From: Eledone cirrhosa
Lineage: Eukaryota
Length of the DNA: 64,000 nucleotides
Assembly: GCA_964016885.1 (NCBI GenBank)
Contig: OZ024742.1
Coordinates: forward strand, 281,728,001 to 281,792,000
Direction: 5' to 3'
How positions within the stretch are numbered: the first letter of the stretch is position 1; each line of letters begins with the position of its first letter. Below are positions 30,733 to 44,236 of the stretch, piece by piece. The notes below the pieces were generated by a model. It was not told the DNA's origin. It did no database searches and saw only the letters and a list, made by a program, of their open reading frames with translations. The translations under genes were made by a program, and so were the position numbers.

Positions 30733-31561
30733 CACACAAAAATATTCTTATTATTCACATATATGTACACATGCATACATAAGCTCCCATATCATATGCA
30801 CACATACACGGTGACGTATATTCAGGCATAGAGAATTATATAATATATATTGTTAAGTACTAACTCACCCAACAGACCCGCACATACCCACAAATACTCT
30901 CAGTTGTTGATATACATATTTATAATCATACAAACTCCGTGCCCTTCCACATGCATAGATGCAGACGCAAAGACACACACATTCACACATACATCATACA
31001 TACACACATACATATTTGCATGTATACATACACACACGCATACAACCAAATGCTATAAGGAACATACGTATTGAGAGATATTCGTTAAAATATGCAGAAT
31101 CTCGGTAAGATAATAATAAAACTGCACATACAGTGTGTCCAAAAATAATGTATACACACTTTGATTACCTGTACAGGCAATATTTATTAGAATGCCTGTT
31201 GAAGTGTGTATAAAAATAAGTAAGTGACTTAGTCACTACTTTAAAACTTATAGCGAATAGTCTTCAAAATGTTTTTAATTAAACATACAGTATATTGCCA
31301 AACATACTATACATACATTACATCATCTGTGATTTTATGGTACTGATTGAGTCCAAAGGTTGAGATTTTCCATGACAGCTCACACTTGATCATTCCTCTA
31401 CCTTCGTTTTGTCTAGGGGGATAAAGGGGATCCACAACACAAAACGACGATTGTAATTAAATTAAATATAAGCCATAATCCAGTTCTCTGATAATACATT
31501 TAATACGTTAAGACATTTAATGCTTTTCTGCGCGACTTAACGCCCACCTTGTATTATAATA

Positions 31562-31752
31562 GCGGTGGATTGGCAGTATCGGTAGAGGGTCGGACGTCAT
31601 GCTTTGACGCATAGAGTTACGGCCCTTTCCATTCTGAGTTCAAATCCCGCCGAGGTCAACTTTGCCTTTCATCCTTACGGGTCGATAATATAAAGTACCA
31701 GTAATGTACTTTGTAATTGCTGGCCTTGTGCCAAAAATAGAAACAATTATTA
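31562..31752 (+). mobile_element. Family S1 SINE
   Basis: Near-consensus full copy. Confidence 0.88.
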
Positions 31753-31769
31753 GGCGCATCATGTCTGCT

Positions 31770-32125
31770 GCTTCTTCTTCTTCTTCTTCTTGCTCGGCGT
31801 CAACCCCTAGGTCTCTAGCCAGTTGATTTTCCTCTTAAAATTTGCCCAGCGATTCTTTCTTGAGACACTCTAACGCCATGTCCTTCTTCTTCTTCTCCTC
31901 CTCCTTCTAATGGGTCCTGTCAGAAGCAACCATCTCCAACTGATCCGTCTGGATTCCCAAGCGAGGTCAGCCAAGCTCATAGATGTTATCCAACCATCTT
32001 GCTCTTGTTCTATCCCTGGGTATCCTGCCGGTTGGTTTTGCGCCTAAAATCTGTCCAGCGAATGTTTCCTGAGACATTCTAACCCCATGCCCATAGTATT
32101 GGTGGTGTGATCACACAATTTGAAG
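31770..32125 (-). mobile_element. RTE-like LINE 3' fragment with (GAA)n tail
   Basis: Minus translation YYGHGVRMSQETFAGQILGAKPTGRIPRDRTRARWLDNI resembles the RTE C-terminal 'WxGHVxRM...GxRxRGRPxxRWxD'. Confidence 0.7.
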
Positions 32126-32442
32126 TACTGTATTTTGGTATCCTGTCATTTACCATAGACTCGGGTGTATCCAAGCATTGTAAGTGAATTTCGGTAGATG
32201 GAAACTTTTTTCAACTGTGATTGTAATTGTGTCACACTAAATCTCCTTGAAAATTAAGTTATGAGTACACGGGTCCGTGACATACGTTGATAATTATACT
32301 TTAATTCTCAAGGTGAATGTTCAGTCTATCGAACGAGTGAAAGATCATCGCCGAAATCGCCAGAGAGTCGATTATCATAATCTATATACCTGAAAAGGGT
32401 TAACTTTTCAGAAAAATAATAATTACATTCAGACAGAAACAA

Positions 32443-32620
32443 TAATTGTTTCTACTTTAGGCACAAGGCCAGCAATTACCCAGTGCATTACTGGTACTTT
32501 ATTTTATCGACCCCGTAAGGATGAAAGGCAAAGTCAACCTCGGCGGGATTTGAACTCAGATCGTAAAGGGACGTAACTATGCTGGAAAGCATGGCGTCCG
32601 ACCCTCTACTGATACTGCCA
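32443..32620 (-). mobile_element. Family S1 SINE
   Basis: Reverse complement of the consensus. Confidence 0.88.
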
Positions 32621-32807
32621 TAATAATGATATTACGGAAAGGAATGGATATTTTTCAGATATATATATATACCGTATATACTCGTGAAGGCCTTCCTAAT
32701 GTCAATATCAAACCTCCTCAGCATCAGGGTGTATCGCTGCTTTCACCCTTAACGGGATCTTCTGAAGATCCCGTTAAGGTTGAAAGCAGCGATACTTTAA
32801 TCTGTTA

Positions 32808-32877
<70 letters not shown>

Positions 32878-33267
32878 TAGCTCTGGTCTATCCAAACTAT
32901 TGAGCACTTTGCCACACATTTCGAAGATTGTGTTTCGTTATTTCGTGGGCCGATAATTTCATATATATATATATATATATATAAAATATATATATATATA
33001 TATATATATATGGGATGGGCTTTGATTTTAGTAATTTATTGCGCCCTCTGTAAGTAACTTATGCTAAACCCTTGTAGATATATCTGAAAAATATCCATTC
33101 CTTATATACTCGTATATACTCGGAAAGTGCTTCCTAATGTCAATGAAAACGATGAAAGCAGCAAGGCTCTTTCTTCTAGCTCCCTCTAATATCCTCCTCA
33201 GCATCAGGGTGTAACTGTGGTTGATCTTCCCTCTCTGAAGCCGTTTTGGTTTTCCCTAAGCTTCTTC

Positions 33268-33571
33268 TCCATCCCAGAGCTGTACGGAAGCCTCCCAAAC
33301 GTCAGCTCGGAAGTAGCACAGTGGAGACTTAGGTTAGCTGCACATGTTCACAGACATTTAGAGTTGACACCGCACTCGATGCTCCTCTGGGAGCCCCTAC
33401 ACAGGACACGCTAGAAGAGGGAGACCGAGGTTGACATATGTTGATGCTCTAAGGACAGACACCGGTCTCTTAAGGACGCAGGACATTGCGGAGATGATGA
33501 GCGACAGACACCGCTGGAGCGAACTCGTCCATGGATCTCGGCAATTTTGTACGCCCTAGATAGATAGATAC
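33268..33571 (+). mobile_element. RTE-like LINE 3' fragment ending in (TAGA)n
   Basis: ELYGSLPNVSSEVAQWRLRLAAHVHRH...LLWEP...RGRPRLTYVDAL. Confidence 0.75.
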
Positions 33572-33924
33572 ATACTCGTGGAAATATTGAATTTCTTAGA
33601 TCACGTTTTGATGTTAAATTTTTGGGGTCAAATATTACATGGATACTACTCTTGGGTGGCTTGAAATTTAAGCTAGAATATCCAAAGTACCCTATCAGTA
33701 GCAGAAGCCCAACTGATCTCTAAACGAATAAAAACAAACACACCATAAAGTACCGTAATATTACAGATTGTATGCATCAAAATACAAGTCCTAGTAAATA
33801 ACAAAATCCATAAACAAGGCCACGTAGCTCTTATAATTATTTATACTTTCTCTTTTTTTCGTATTATGACATGTGCAGTTAACGGTAAATGTCCATAGTA
33901 TGGTGTAGAGTTTTTAATCGAGAG

Positions 33925-34258
33925 CAGAGGTTCTCAAAGTGGACGCTATCGCCCCCGAGGGGCATTGGGAAGGTCCAGGGGATGCTGGGGTCTATGGAGT
34001 CGGTAGAGATGATATAATAGTATATTAAATATCAAATGATACATATTATAAATAAATATAGTAAAATAAAAAATATATAATGTTTATTTATACATAGTAT
34101 ACATTATATTATTCATTATATATAAATTAACAATTTTATTTGTTATATATTATTTACAATTTGCATGTAGGCAGGTCTCTCTGGAAATAGGGTTGGGGTG
34201 CTGAGGGTAGTATGTGACCATGAGGGGGTAGATGGCCCAAAAGGTTTGAGAACCTCAG
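33925..34258. mobile_element. hAT (Charlie-like) MITE
   Basis: TIRs CAGAGGTTCTCAAA / TTTGAGAACCTCAG; flanking 8-mers ATCGAGAG and ATCAAGAT match 6/8 (TSD-like). Confidence 0.75.
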
Positions 34259-35139
34259 ATCAAGATATTAATTGAATGTTATTTACGTTTACCCAGGTCA
34301 TGTCATTGTTCGAATTCGGACAGTGGCGTTTGCTATAATTTTATATATCCGACCTGAATATTTCCATTGTACATACATTGCTCATATTTTTATGCATATA
34401 TTTTGTCAAACACGTCTTCATTTTCACTTTTTGTTTGCTGTGTTTTGAACTCTCACATTTTAACTGTAAATTTGTCGCGGGTTTTTACATTAAGCTGCTA
34501 CTTCGACGTCACTGCCGCTTTTCTACGTTTCACCATTCTATCAGCTAGTATTGTGTGTCCATTCAGTTATTAGTTGAATGTTTTAAATACTACGGTATTT
34601 TATACACGTTTTCTCAAAAATCCACACATAAACATGCATACATACACACATTTGAAATCCTCAAATGAATTTTTCCTTGAACTAAACTATATATCTCGTT
34701 GTAGCCAACACCATCCCAAATCACACTGTACCACACCACATAACACCGAACTACACTACATTTCACCACACCACACACCACCACATCCTTAACTCCTAAC
34801 AATAAAAAAAATATACAAATAAAAAGATGGCTATACGTACAGAGAGTGTGAGGAACCTCTCACACATCCATATCTCTACCTACCTTACTTTACTTTAACT
34901 TATCAACTTACCTACCAAAACACCCACCTAAACATCTCCCTATAAATACCTTAGTCTAACTAATTTACTGTCCAACTTTAGGACGTGACGTTTTACTGGA
35001 TATCAACCTGCCAATTTCTCTGACCATCCAATCCTCCCTCACCAGCAGTCGGCACCTTCGCAATAAACACATATATAGAAATACAGGCTCACATTTACAC
35101 ACACACACACATGCACGCACACACATACACGCACGCACG

Positions 35140-35229
<90 letters not shown>

Positions 35230-35414
35230 TGCACGCAAAAACACGCACAAAATCAAACACACTCATTCACATAGAGAAATACACGCACACATACGCACGT
35301 ACAAAAATACATTGCGCCGTCTTAACTCCCCCCCTCTCTCTCTCTCTCTCACTATATATATATATATGTTGGATGTTGGATGTGTATGAGTGTGTGCGTA
35401 TAATTCATACAAAA

Positions 35415-35515
<101 letters not shown>

Positions 35516-35593
35516 TTTATATGTTTATATGCATTATTTAAATCATATATACACACATATATAAATATATGTATATATATATATATATATACA

Positions 35594-35647
<54 letters not shown>

Positions 35648-36322
35648 AGCACACAACACCAACACCACAACCACCAGCCCACATTCATTTACACATGCAG
35701 ACATTACTGCCACCCAAGAACACCAATTACGCTATCATCGTTGAATCAATGCAATAGTCTTTGCGTGATGGCTCAATCTGCTATAAATAACAGGCAAATC
35801 TCCTTCAAGACACCCTTTATATCTTACTATCTTTAAAAGAAATTCTTGAATAAATAAAATAAATACTAGACCATGCTAGTCAGTTCAAAGAAAGGACGTG
35901 TATCTAGACGCACGATCTGCTTAAAATAACAGCTAAATTCCCCTCAAATTACGCCCTAACATTAAATATAGAGGAGACATTGAGTGATATTGCAGTTACT
36001 GTTATTCTTAAAACATCGAGAATATCTCGGATAAAATATCTTGCATTTCATCATAGGTATGTGTGCTCAATCAAGTTTGATTTATGGCTAAACAATCTCA
36101 GCAAGCGCACAACACCACTAACATCAATTACCTCCCTTACTAGTGACACCATTATAACCGCTAACACCAATACAATTACGACCAGCATTATTTTTAGCGT
36201 GAACATCACCGCCACCATTATCACTGCCAACAACACTTTAACACTCTCCTCCATCATTCTACACAAACACACACACATACATGCGCACGCACATATATAC
36301 ATATATAGAAACTACATATACA

Positions 36323-36382
<60 letters not shown>

Positions 36383-37049
36383 TACGTACACATATCCTTA
36401 GACATGCACATCCATTCATACATACACACACTCTTTGGCAAAACATATACATACACTCTACGATTTACTTCAACTCAACCTATTATAAAACGGAATTTTT
36501 GGGAACTAAATTTATATTGAGGGTAATGTTATAGTAGCTTGGTATTGAATGGTGGTAGTATTACGGGTGAGGGTGATAGTAGTGGTGGTAGAGCTGTTGG
36601 TGATGGTGATGGTGGTGCGTTTGAGGATAATATTTTTGTTGATGGTGTTGTTTGTGGTGGTCGTTACTGATTACACAAGAGAGTGTAACGCAGTCTTCGT
36701 TCATTTTATGTGTATATTGTCAATTACGATTTTATTTGATGTATCATATCTACATGCATATACACTTGCGTATAATATCAATATACACACTACACATGCT
36801 AGCAGAAAACCACCCGACGGGTGGTTTTTCTGCTAGTACACATAAAACACAAAATAATTCCGTCACACGTGTGAAAATACACACACAGAGACGTACACAC
36901 TCTCATACAGAGAAACAACGTAAAAACGTCATATACACAAACACACACATACTCGCGCGCACACATGCACGAAAAAATCCAAAGAACTGACAGGCACACA
37001 CACACACACAATCACACAATCACACACTAGTATGCACACATCAATAATA

Positions 37050-37360
37050 TGGTTTCTTATTTAGGCACAAGGCCAGCTTTTTTGGGTGAGGAGGAAGTCG
37101 ATTAAATCGACCCCAGTGCGTGACTGGTACTTTATTTTATCGAGCCTGTAAGGATGAAAGGCAAAGTTAACCTCGACGGGATTTGAACTCAGATCACAAA
37201 CACATCCACACTCTTTTAAGCATAGAGTTACGCCCCTTTACGATCTAAGTTCAAATCCCACCGAGGTTAAATTTGCCTTTCATCCTTACGGGGTCGATAA
37301 AATAAAGTACCAGTAATGCACTGGGGTAAAATTGCTGGCCAAGTGCCAAAAATAAAAACA

Positions 37361-37399
<39 letters not shown>

Positions 37400-37598
37400 G
37401 ATAGGGTGGTACATTGGCAGAATAGGTAGAGCGTTGGGAATCTGCTTTTTCGGTATATAGTTAAGAAGGTTTACGTTCTGAGTTCAAATCTCGCCGAAGT
37501 TAACTTTGCCTTTCATCCTTACGGGGTCGATAAAATAAAGTACCAGTAATACACTGGGATAATTGCTTCTATGTACCAAAAGTAGAAACAATTATTAT
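37050..37598. mobile_element. Cluster of three family S1 SINEs (one minus, two plus)
   Basis: ~37050-37192 (-), ~37215-37365 (+) with (ATT)n tail, ~37403-37598 (+). Confidence 0.82.
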
Positions 37599-38669
37599 CC
37601 AATATCAAGCAAAATATAAAATACTTCGATATGCGATAAACATAACATATACGTAAATTGTAGTGCATTTACATATGGATGTGTGTTTTGGTAGTGTGGA
37701 GAGAAAATATATAATTATTCTAGATGGGGTGCAGCACCATGACACCCCCACCCCACCCCCTGTCACACAGCCTCTGTAGAACACCCCCAGTATCAATAAC
37801 AAAGGTAATTATGAAGGCAAGTACAGATTATGTTCAGCTAGTTGGGTTCTTTAGTTGTTTTGTTAACTGTGCTCTTCATGAAATTACTGATTTTATGGAA
37901 TAGACGGACGTATTTACTTTGTTACGATAAAAAAAAATGCGTCACAAATGAATCTGCAAATGTGCACACCACATGTGTACACGAGTCCCTCTCTCTCCCT
38001 CTCTCTTTCTCTCTCCTTCTCTCTCTCTTTCTTTCTCTCTCTTTCTCCCTTTCTCCCTCTTTGTATATATATATATATATATATGAATGTATGTGTGTGT
38101 GTGTGTGAATATATATTGATATATATGTGTGTGTGTGTGTAAATATATATATATTTATATATGTGTGTGTGTGTGTAAATATATATTTATATATATATAT
38201 GTGTGTGTGTCTGTATGTGCCTGTATATGTGTGCGTGCGTGTAGATAGTTAGATGATGTCAGTATCGTATTTTATCACATCGCAGCATTCAACGAATTAT
38301 CGTGTAATAAGGCTTAAGCACTCCACATTTGGTGTGCCTATCTATGTAAGATCTGACATTACATTGACTGGTACCCTTAATGGTATGTTAATAAATATGA
38401 TAACACGGTTCTAAAATTGCATACTTCAGTTTATTAAATAACGACCGCTATGAACAATTCAGAGCCGTTAGGTGAGAGTTACGTACGTCTAACACTCATC
38501 TGACGTAATTTCATAAAGCAGATATGTAGATTCCGGGACATGAATTGTGGATTGTTCACAATTCGGTCAACATATGTTGAATCACATACGTGTTCACAAT
38601 TTCACCTAGATATCGTAGGTAAATGTCGCTCAAGGCTAAATTAGCTTCTCAGAAATAGTTAGTATATAT

Positions 38670-39150
38670 TCAATAATAAAATGGATGGGACAGAATGCTC
38701 ACGATCGGAATGCCTCTGATCGTATATTTCCTTAATCCAAACTTACTAGGATTTAAGCAACTAGAACAGTTAAAAGAAAAATTCATAATACTCGCCGCCA
38801 CCATCATCAACAATACAAACACGATTACACGTTTCATCACTATTTCTACCATGGTAGTTATATCTTAAAAATTAACTAAAGTAAAGTTCGTATCACTGGA
38901 AATACTGAGCTCCAGATTCTTTTTAAAGGGGTGTATATTTTTCGTAAGTCTATAGATAAACTGGGTGTTAATGTTCCTACGATATCGAATATCATCGTAT
39001 TAAAATACGGAAACAAACGTATAATAGCACCAACTTCAACGGAGTCTTTGACTATCATCCTAACATCAAAAGGGTTTATGTGAGGATTTATTTATCAATA
39101 CAGATTAGTTGCAATATGGGGGCGTAATGATACTTAATCTAGAAATGTAC
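38670..39150 (-). mobile_element. Possible highly decayed PLE pre-RT fragment
   Basis: Minus frames give SDETCNRVCIVD (ADKG..VIMD-like) and PSKFGLRK..IPIVS (YGLPKIHK..RPIVS-like). Weak similarity. Confidence 0.3.
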
Positions 39151-39716
39151 ACTATTGATTTATTGGAAATAGATCGTGGTCAATTAATTAAAGCATGTGA
39201 ATTACTCCATAAAGTTAATGAAGGCGCTTCCTCGATCCTATAATGAATCCTGTCCTTAATGTTCTTGTTAATTATATCAATGTTCGATTGAGTATGCTTC
39301 AAAAGTCTAAGGGAAACATTAATATCAATGTTTAACTTATGATTATTAAATGTAAAACACGACGCCTTAGGGTTAAATGATTTTACACATTCATCAACGA
39401 TTTACTTACTGTATAGTAAGGTAAATATTTTTTTCAGTATTTTAATTTCATTTAATGTAAAAATGGAAGGTTCTTTATATCTGCTAATAATAGAATTCAT
39501 GAAAAACCCGGTGTGATTTTTTTATCTATTTGGTATTGTATCTTAGATACTATAAATGTGTGTATGTGTGTAGCAAGAAATCTAAAGAGATGATCAATAT
39601 AGGCTCACATTACAATTAAGTAAAAGCTTACTCACCACTTGTACAGAGTAAAATCTAATATGTATACTTACACACCCGCACACATGTATACGCATGCGCG
39701 CACACACACACATAAA

Positions 39717-39759
<43 letters not shown>

Positions 39760-39761
39760 GA

Positions 39762-39878
39762 ACGATCGACTTTCGTCAAATCGGACCGAGGAAACAATGT
39801 TTCCGTTGGTCTTTCCAATTGCTAATACTATCTATCGGTCGCAACTCAAGGTAGAAGGAGCGCCGTGAAATAAAGTGA

Positions 39879-39880
<2 letters not shown>
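39762..39880 (-). mobile_element. Family S2 SINE 3' fragment
   Basis: Inverted match to 40530-40641. Confidence 0.7.
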
Positions 39881-39972
<92 letters not shown>

Positions 39973-40436
39973 TGAGCAGTTATAGTTTTATCTATAGTTA
40001 CACTTTCTGTGAAATATACTTCATTCAAGTGTTCATGCTTGCCTTAGTTTTAGTTGTTTTGAATTTTATGTGTAACATAATATACGTAAGTATATTGATA
40101 CATGTACATGCTCATCAACTTTAGACTAATTCCGACATTTTATTGTTATTTCCAATTTAATTTCCTCATTTGTATCTCTGCACTGTTGGTTTATTTGTAA
40201 CAGTTATACCCTTTTTCCTTTTATTAATTACGCTAAATGTTAATTCTTTGCTATTTTCAGAGGGTGTTTTTCATATAAATAACATTTAGCGAAAACATTT
40301 TTTTCTATGTTTTTAGTAAATTTTCTATCCTCCAAAACAACTCTCATTTTCTTGTTCATTTTTTCCTTATAATGTTAATTCTGTATTTGTTGTAATTCTA
40401 GAACAAAGGTATTTATACCCCTTTTATATACACATA

Positions 40437-40660
40437 CGTGGCTGAGTAGTTAGATAATTGGATTCGCAGTCGTGAGGTTGTGAGTTCGATTCCCGGAGCG
40501 GGGATGCGTTATATTCTTGAGCAAGACACTTTATTTCACGTTGCTCCTTCTACCTGGATTTGTGACCGATAGATAGCATTAGCAATTGGAAATACCAATG
40601 GAAACATTGTTTCCTTGGTCCGATTTGACGAAAGTCGATCGACTATAGAACTTCGATTTC
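40437..40660 (+). mobile_element. Family S2 tRNA-derived SINE with a CORE-like domain
   Basis: A box GTGGCTGAGTAGTT, B box GAGTTCGATTCCC, then CTTGAGCAAGACACTT resembling the CORE-SINE CCTTGGGCAAGTCACTT. Confidence 0.75.
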
Positions 40661-40675
40661 ACTAACCTTCCGATC

Positions 40676-40726
<51 letters not shown>

Positions 40727-40792
40727 GAAGAGAGAAGAAACATTTAGATATAATTAGTAATAAAATGTATCATACCTAAACTGTTCCTAAAT

Positions 40793-40880
40793 TCCTCGAC
40801 TACGTAGTTTCGTGGCATAAACAAAAACAATATATCAAAGATATAGAGTCCTTGCGAGGTCTGCCGACTTATCAAGAGGA
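40793..40880 (-). ncRNA. Type I HHR, U3-A8 variant, branched stem II (unit 1)
   Basis: Minus reads UCCUC UUGAUAA GU(C)GGCA-[44 nt]-UGCCAC GAA ACUACGUAGU C^GAGGA. Confidence 0.8.
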
Positions 40881-41383
40881 TACCTCATTTTACTAGTCTC
40901 AAGAACGCGTCTACACGACGTGAGAAAGAATCCCAGAAGGCGGAGGGGGAGATAGTCACGCGATATAACGGTCGAGAAACAGAGCTAAGCCTCTTATAAC
41001 CACGAAAAAAATACCACGGAGGCGGAGGGGGTATTCATATCGAGGCCGTAGAAGAGGTAGTGAAGAAGGCGAGAAGTATGAGTAATGGAAGCTTTCCAGT
41101 TGTCCCCACACTTCAAAGATTGCTCGACCAGAGGGAGTTATTAATACATTTAGAAACACACAGATACATGCGGACACACACATATATACATGAATGCATC
41201 CGCACCCAACTGTGAGTTAAGGGTGCCAACTTCACCGATGTTGCTCAATGAATGACTGGGACAGACCAATTCAATTTGAACCAGACTGAACCAGTATCAG
41301 AGTTAAAAATACATTATGAAGAGAGAAGAAACATTTAGATATAATTAGTAATAAAATGTATCATACCTAAACTGTTCCTAAAT

Positions 41384-41471
41384 TCCTCGACTACGTAGTT
41401 TCGTGGCATAAACAAAAACAATATATCAAAGATATAGAGTCCTTGCGAGGTCTGCCGACTTATCAAGAGGA
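41384..41471 (-). ncRNA. Type I HHR, U3-A8 variant (unit 2)
   Basis: Same as unit 1, offset +591. Confidence 0.8.
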
Positions 41472-41974
41472 TACCTCATTTTACTAGTCTCAAGAACGCG
41501 TCTACACGACGTGAGAAAGAATCCCAGAAGGCGGAGGGGGAGATAGTCACGCGATATAACGGTCGAGAAACAGAGCTAAGCCTCTTATAACCACGAAAAA
41601 AATACCACGGAGGCGGAGGGGGTATTCATATCGAGGCCGTAGAAGAGGTAGTGAAGAAGGCGAGAAGTATGAGTAATGGAAGCTTTCCAGTTGTCCCCAC
41701 ACTTCAAAGATTGCTCGACCAGAGGGAGTTATTAATACATTTAGAAACACACAGATACATGCGGACACACACATATATACATGAATGCATCCGCACCCAA
41801 CTGTGAGTTAAGGGTGCCAACTTCACCGATGTTGCTCAATGAATGACTGGGACAGACCAATTCAATTTGAACCAGACTGAACCAGTATCAGAGTTAAAAA
41901 TACATTATGAAGAGAGAAGAAACATTTAGATATAATTAGTAATAAAATGTATCATACCTAAACTGTTCCTAAAT

Positions 41975-42062
41975 TCCTCGACTACGTAGTTTCGTGGCAT
42001 AAACAAAAACAATATATCAAAGATATAGAGTCCTTGCGAGGTCTGCCGACTTATCAAGAGGA
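41975..42062 (-). ncRNA. Type I HHR, U3-A8 variant (unit 3)
   Basis: Same as unit 1, offset +1182. Confidence 0.8.
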
Positions 42063-43250
42063 TACCTCATTTTACTAGTCTCAAGAACGCGTCTACACGA
42101 CGTGAGAAAGAATCCCAGAAGGCGGAGGGGGAGATAGTCACGCGATATAACGGTCGAGAAACAGAGCTAAGCCTCTTATAACCACGAAAAAAATACCACG
42201 GAGGCGGAGGGGGTATTCATATCGAGGCCGTAGAAGAGGTAGTGAAGAAGGCGAGAAGTATGAGTAATGGAAGCTTTCCAGTTGTCCCCACACTTCAAAG
42301 ATTGCTCGACCAGAGGGAGTTATTAATACATTTAGAAACACACAGATACATGCGGACACACACATATATACATGAATGCATCCGCACCCAACTGTGAGTT
42401 AAGGGTGCCAACTTCACCGATGTTGCTCAATGAATGACTGGGACAGACCAATTCAATTTGAACCAGACTGAACCAGTATCAGAGTTAAAAATACATTATG
42501 AAGAGAGAAGAAACATTTAGATATGTATTTTTAACTCTGATACTGGTTCAGTCTGGTTCAAATTGAATTGGTCTGTCCCAGTCATTCATTGAGCAACATC
42601 GGTGAAGTTGGCACCCTTAACTCACAGTTGGGTGCGGATGCATTCATGTATATATGTGTGTGTCCGCATGTATCTGTGTGTTTCTAAATGTATATATATA
42701 TATATATATATGAAAAGTATAGAAATTGTTGTAGCGAGAAGCTAACAGTATTCCATAACATATATGTGACTATAGCGTCAAAATGGGAAAATAGTTAACA
42801 TAAGATATGGGAAAAATAATTCAGACTCAATTCAAAAGGAATCAGGATATAGATTTATCCAACAGAATTTAGAGAAATCCAGGGAAAAATCAATAGAGCC
42901 TTAACTCATGATAAAACAAATCTAAAGTACTCAACCTTCAATTTGGGACAACTTCAAATGCTCTGTATAGTCTTGAAAAGACTATTTCACGAACACTTTC
43001 AGTGGAGATGGTCACGGTTGGATTTCGTTCGTCAGCAGAGCTCAACATGGTAACCAAGGTCTCACTGGTAATATGCCAAAAAGTGAATTTAAAAGCAGGC
43101 TAGTTTAACATCATGCGTGGTTATTAAAATAAACGCACATGTGGAAAAACAGGGCTGGCGACGTCAGAATGAGACAAATGTTTGTTTACATGAAACAACA
43201 ATCAAAAACATTCCGAAAGAAAAGGAGTTCACCAAAAAGCAATATCATCG

Positions 43251-43326
<76 letters not shown>

Positions 43327-43397
43327 GTGTGTGTGTGTGCGTATGTGTTTGTAAATATATATACGTCTGTATACGTATATGTATGTACGTATACATA

Positions 43398-43432
<35 letters not shown>

Positions 43433-43519
43433 CGAAAGAAGTGTGATAAGGAACCATAACACACAATAGAGCTCGATACTTTGGGTAGTAGAGTGGGTAA
43501 TAAGAAAAGAGTCAAGACA

Positions 43520-43600
43520 CCGACGGCAGAGCTCAAGCCGTTTCGACGGCTATTTCTGGACCAGAAACAGCCGTCGAAATGGCTTGAGCTCTGCCGTCGG
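43520..43600. repeat. Near-perfect hairpin with ~40-bp arms and a 1-nt loop
   Basis: CCGACGGCAGAGCTCAAGCCGTTTCGACGGCTATTTCTGG-A-CCAGAAACAGCCGTCGAAATGGCTTGAGCTCTGCCGTCGG. Confidence 0.9.
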
Positions 43601-43629
43601 GCTCATAACTCTTTACGTATATATATATA

Positions 43630-43732
43630 TGATGAAGTCACATGCGCCGATTGTGCATTGTTGCATAAATGCAGACAGTAGATAGTGTGAGCCCTTTTGT
43701 TGCATTAAGTGTGACCGAAACTCGAGTACGTG
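43630..43732 (+). ncRNA. 5'-truncated HHR with a ~65-nt loop II insert
   Basis: UGAUGA A GUCACAU-[insert]-GUGUGAC C GAA ACUCGAGU A^; palindromic helix III; the stem I 5' strand is lost in the TA tract. Confidence 0.6.
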
Positions 43733-43881
43733 TATATATTTTTGGTACCCATTTACGTGTGTTGTATTGAAGCAAAACACTTTGTCAACTCTGGGATTTT
43801 ACCCCAACTTACCTATTGATTGCGCTGAGATGCAACCGGTAATACCAGGGAAACTTATGCTAGTCCCCCTCAACTTCTTAT

Positions 43882-43969
<88 letters not shown>

Positions 43970-44123
43970 AAGGGAGCATAAGTACCTTTTGTAGTTTTTT
44001 GGAAAGTGCTTGTAATAGCTGAAAGAAATTCATTTCGTAAGGAATGGAGGAATTGAGTTTCTACTCATCTATCTGTCTTTCTGTATATAGCTATGAATAC
44101 ATGCACAAATATACATACACACC

Positions 44124-44236
<113 letters not shown>

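Larger units (their letters stand above)
40722..42693 (-). mobile_element. Retrozyme-like array: 3 x 591-bp HHR-bearing units, a partial fourth unit and a 5' inversion, inserted in (TA)n
   Basis: Unit starts at 40722, 41313, 41904 and 42495. 42523-42693 is the reverse complement of ~42326-42496. One HHR per unit. Confidence 0.85.

Noticed and set aside
31129-31220. Mariner-like TIR TACAGTGTGTCCAAAAATAATGTATACACACTTT
   Set aside because: Only a partial partner is nearby, so no element could be delimited
36799-36836. Terminator-like hairpin CTAGCAGAAAACCACCCG-A-CGGGTGGTTTTTCTGCTAG
   Set aside because: Intrinsic terminators do not apply in this eukaryotic context; it is treated as a small palindrome of unknown origin
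40956-42365. 75-aa ORF repeated three times
   Set aside because: It has a non-ATG start and no recognisable motif, and it repeats only because the unit does
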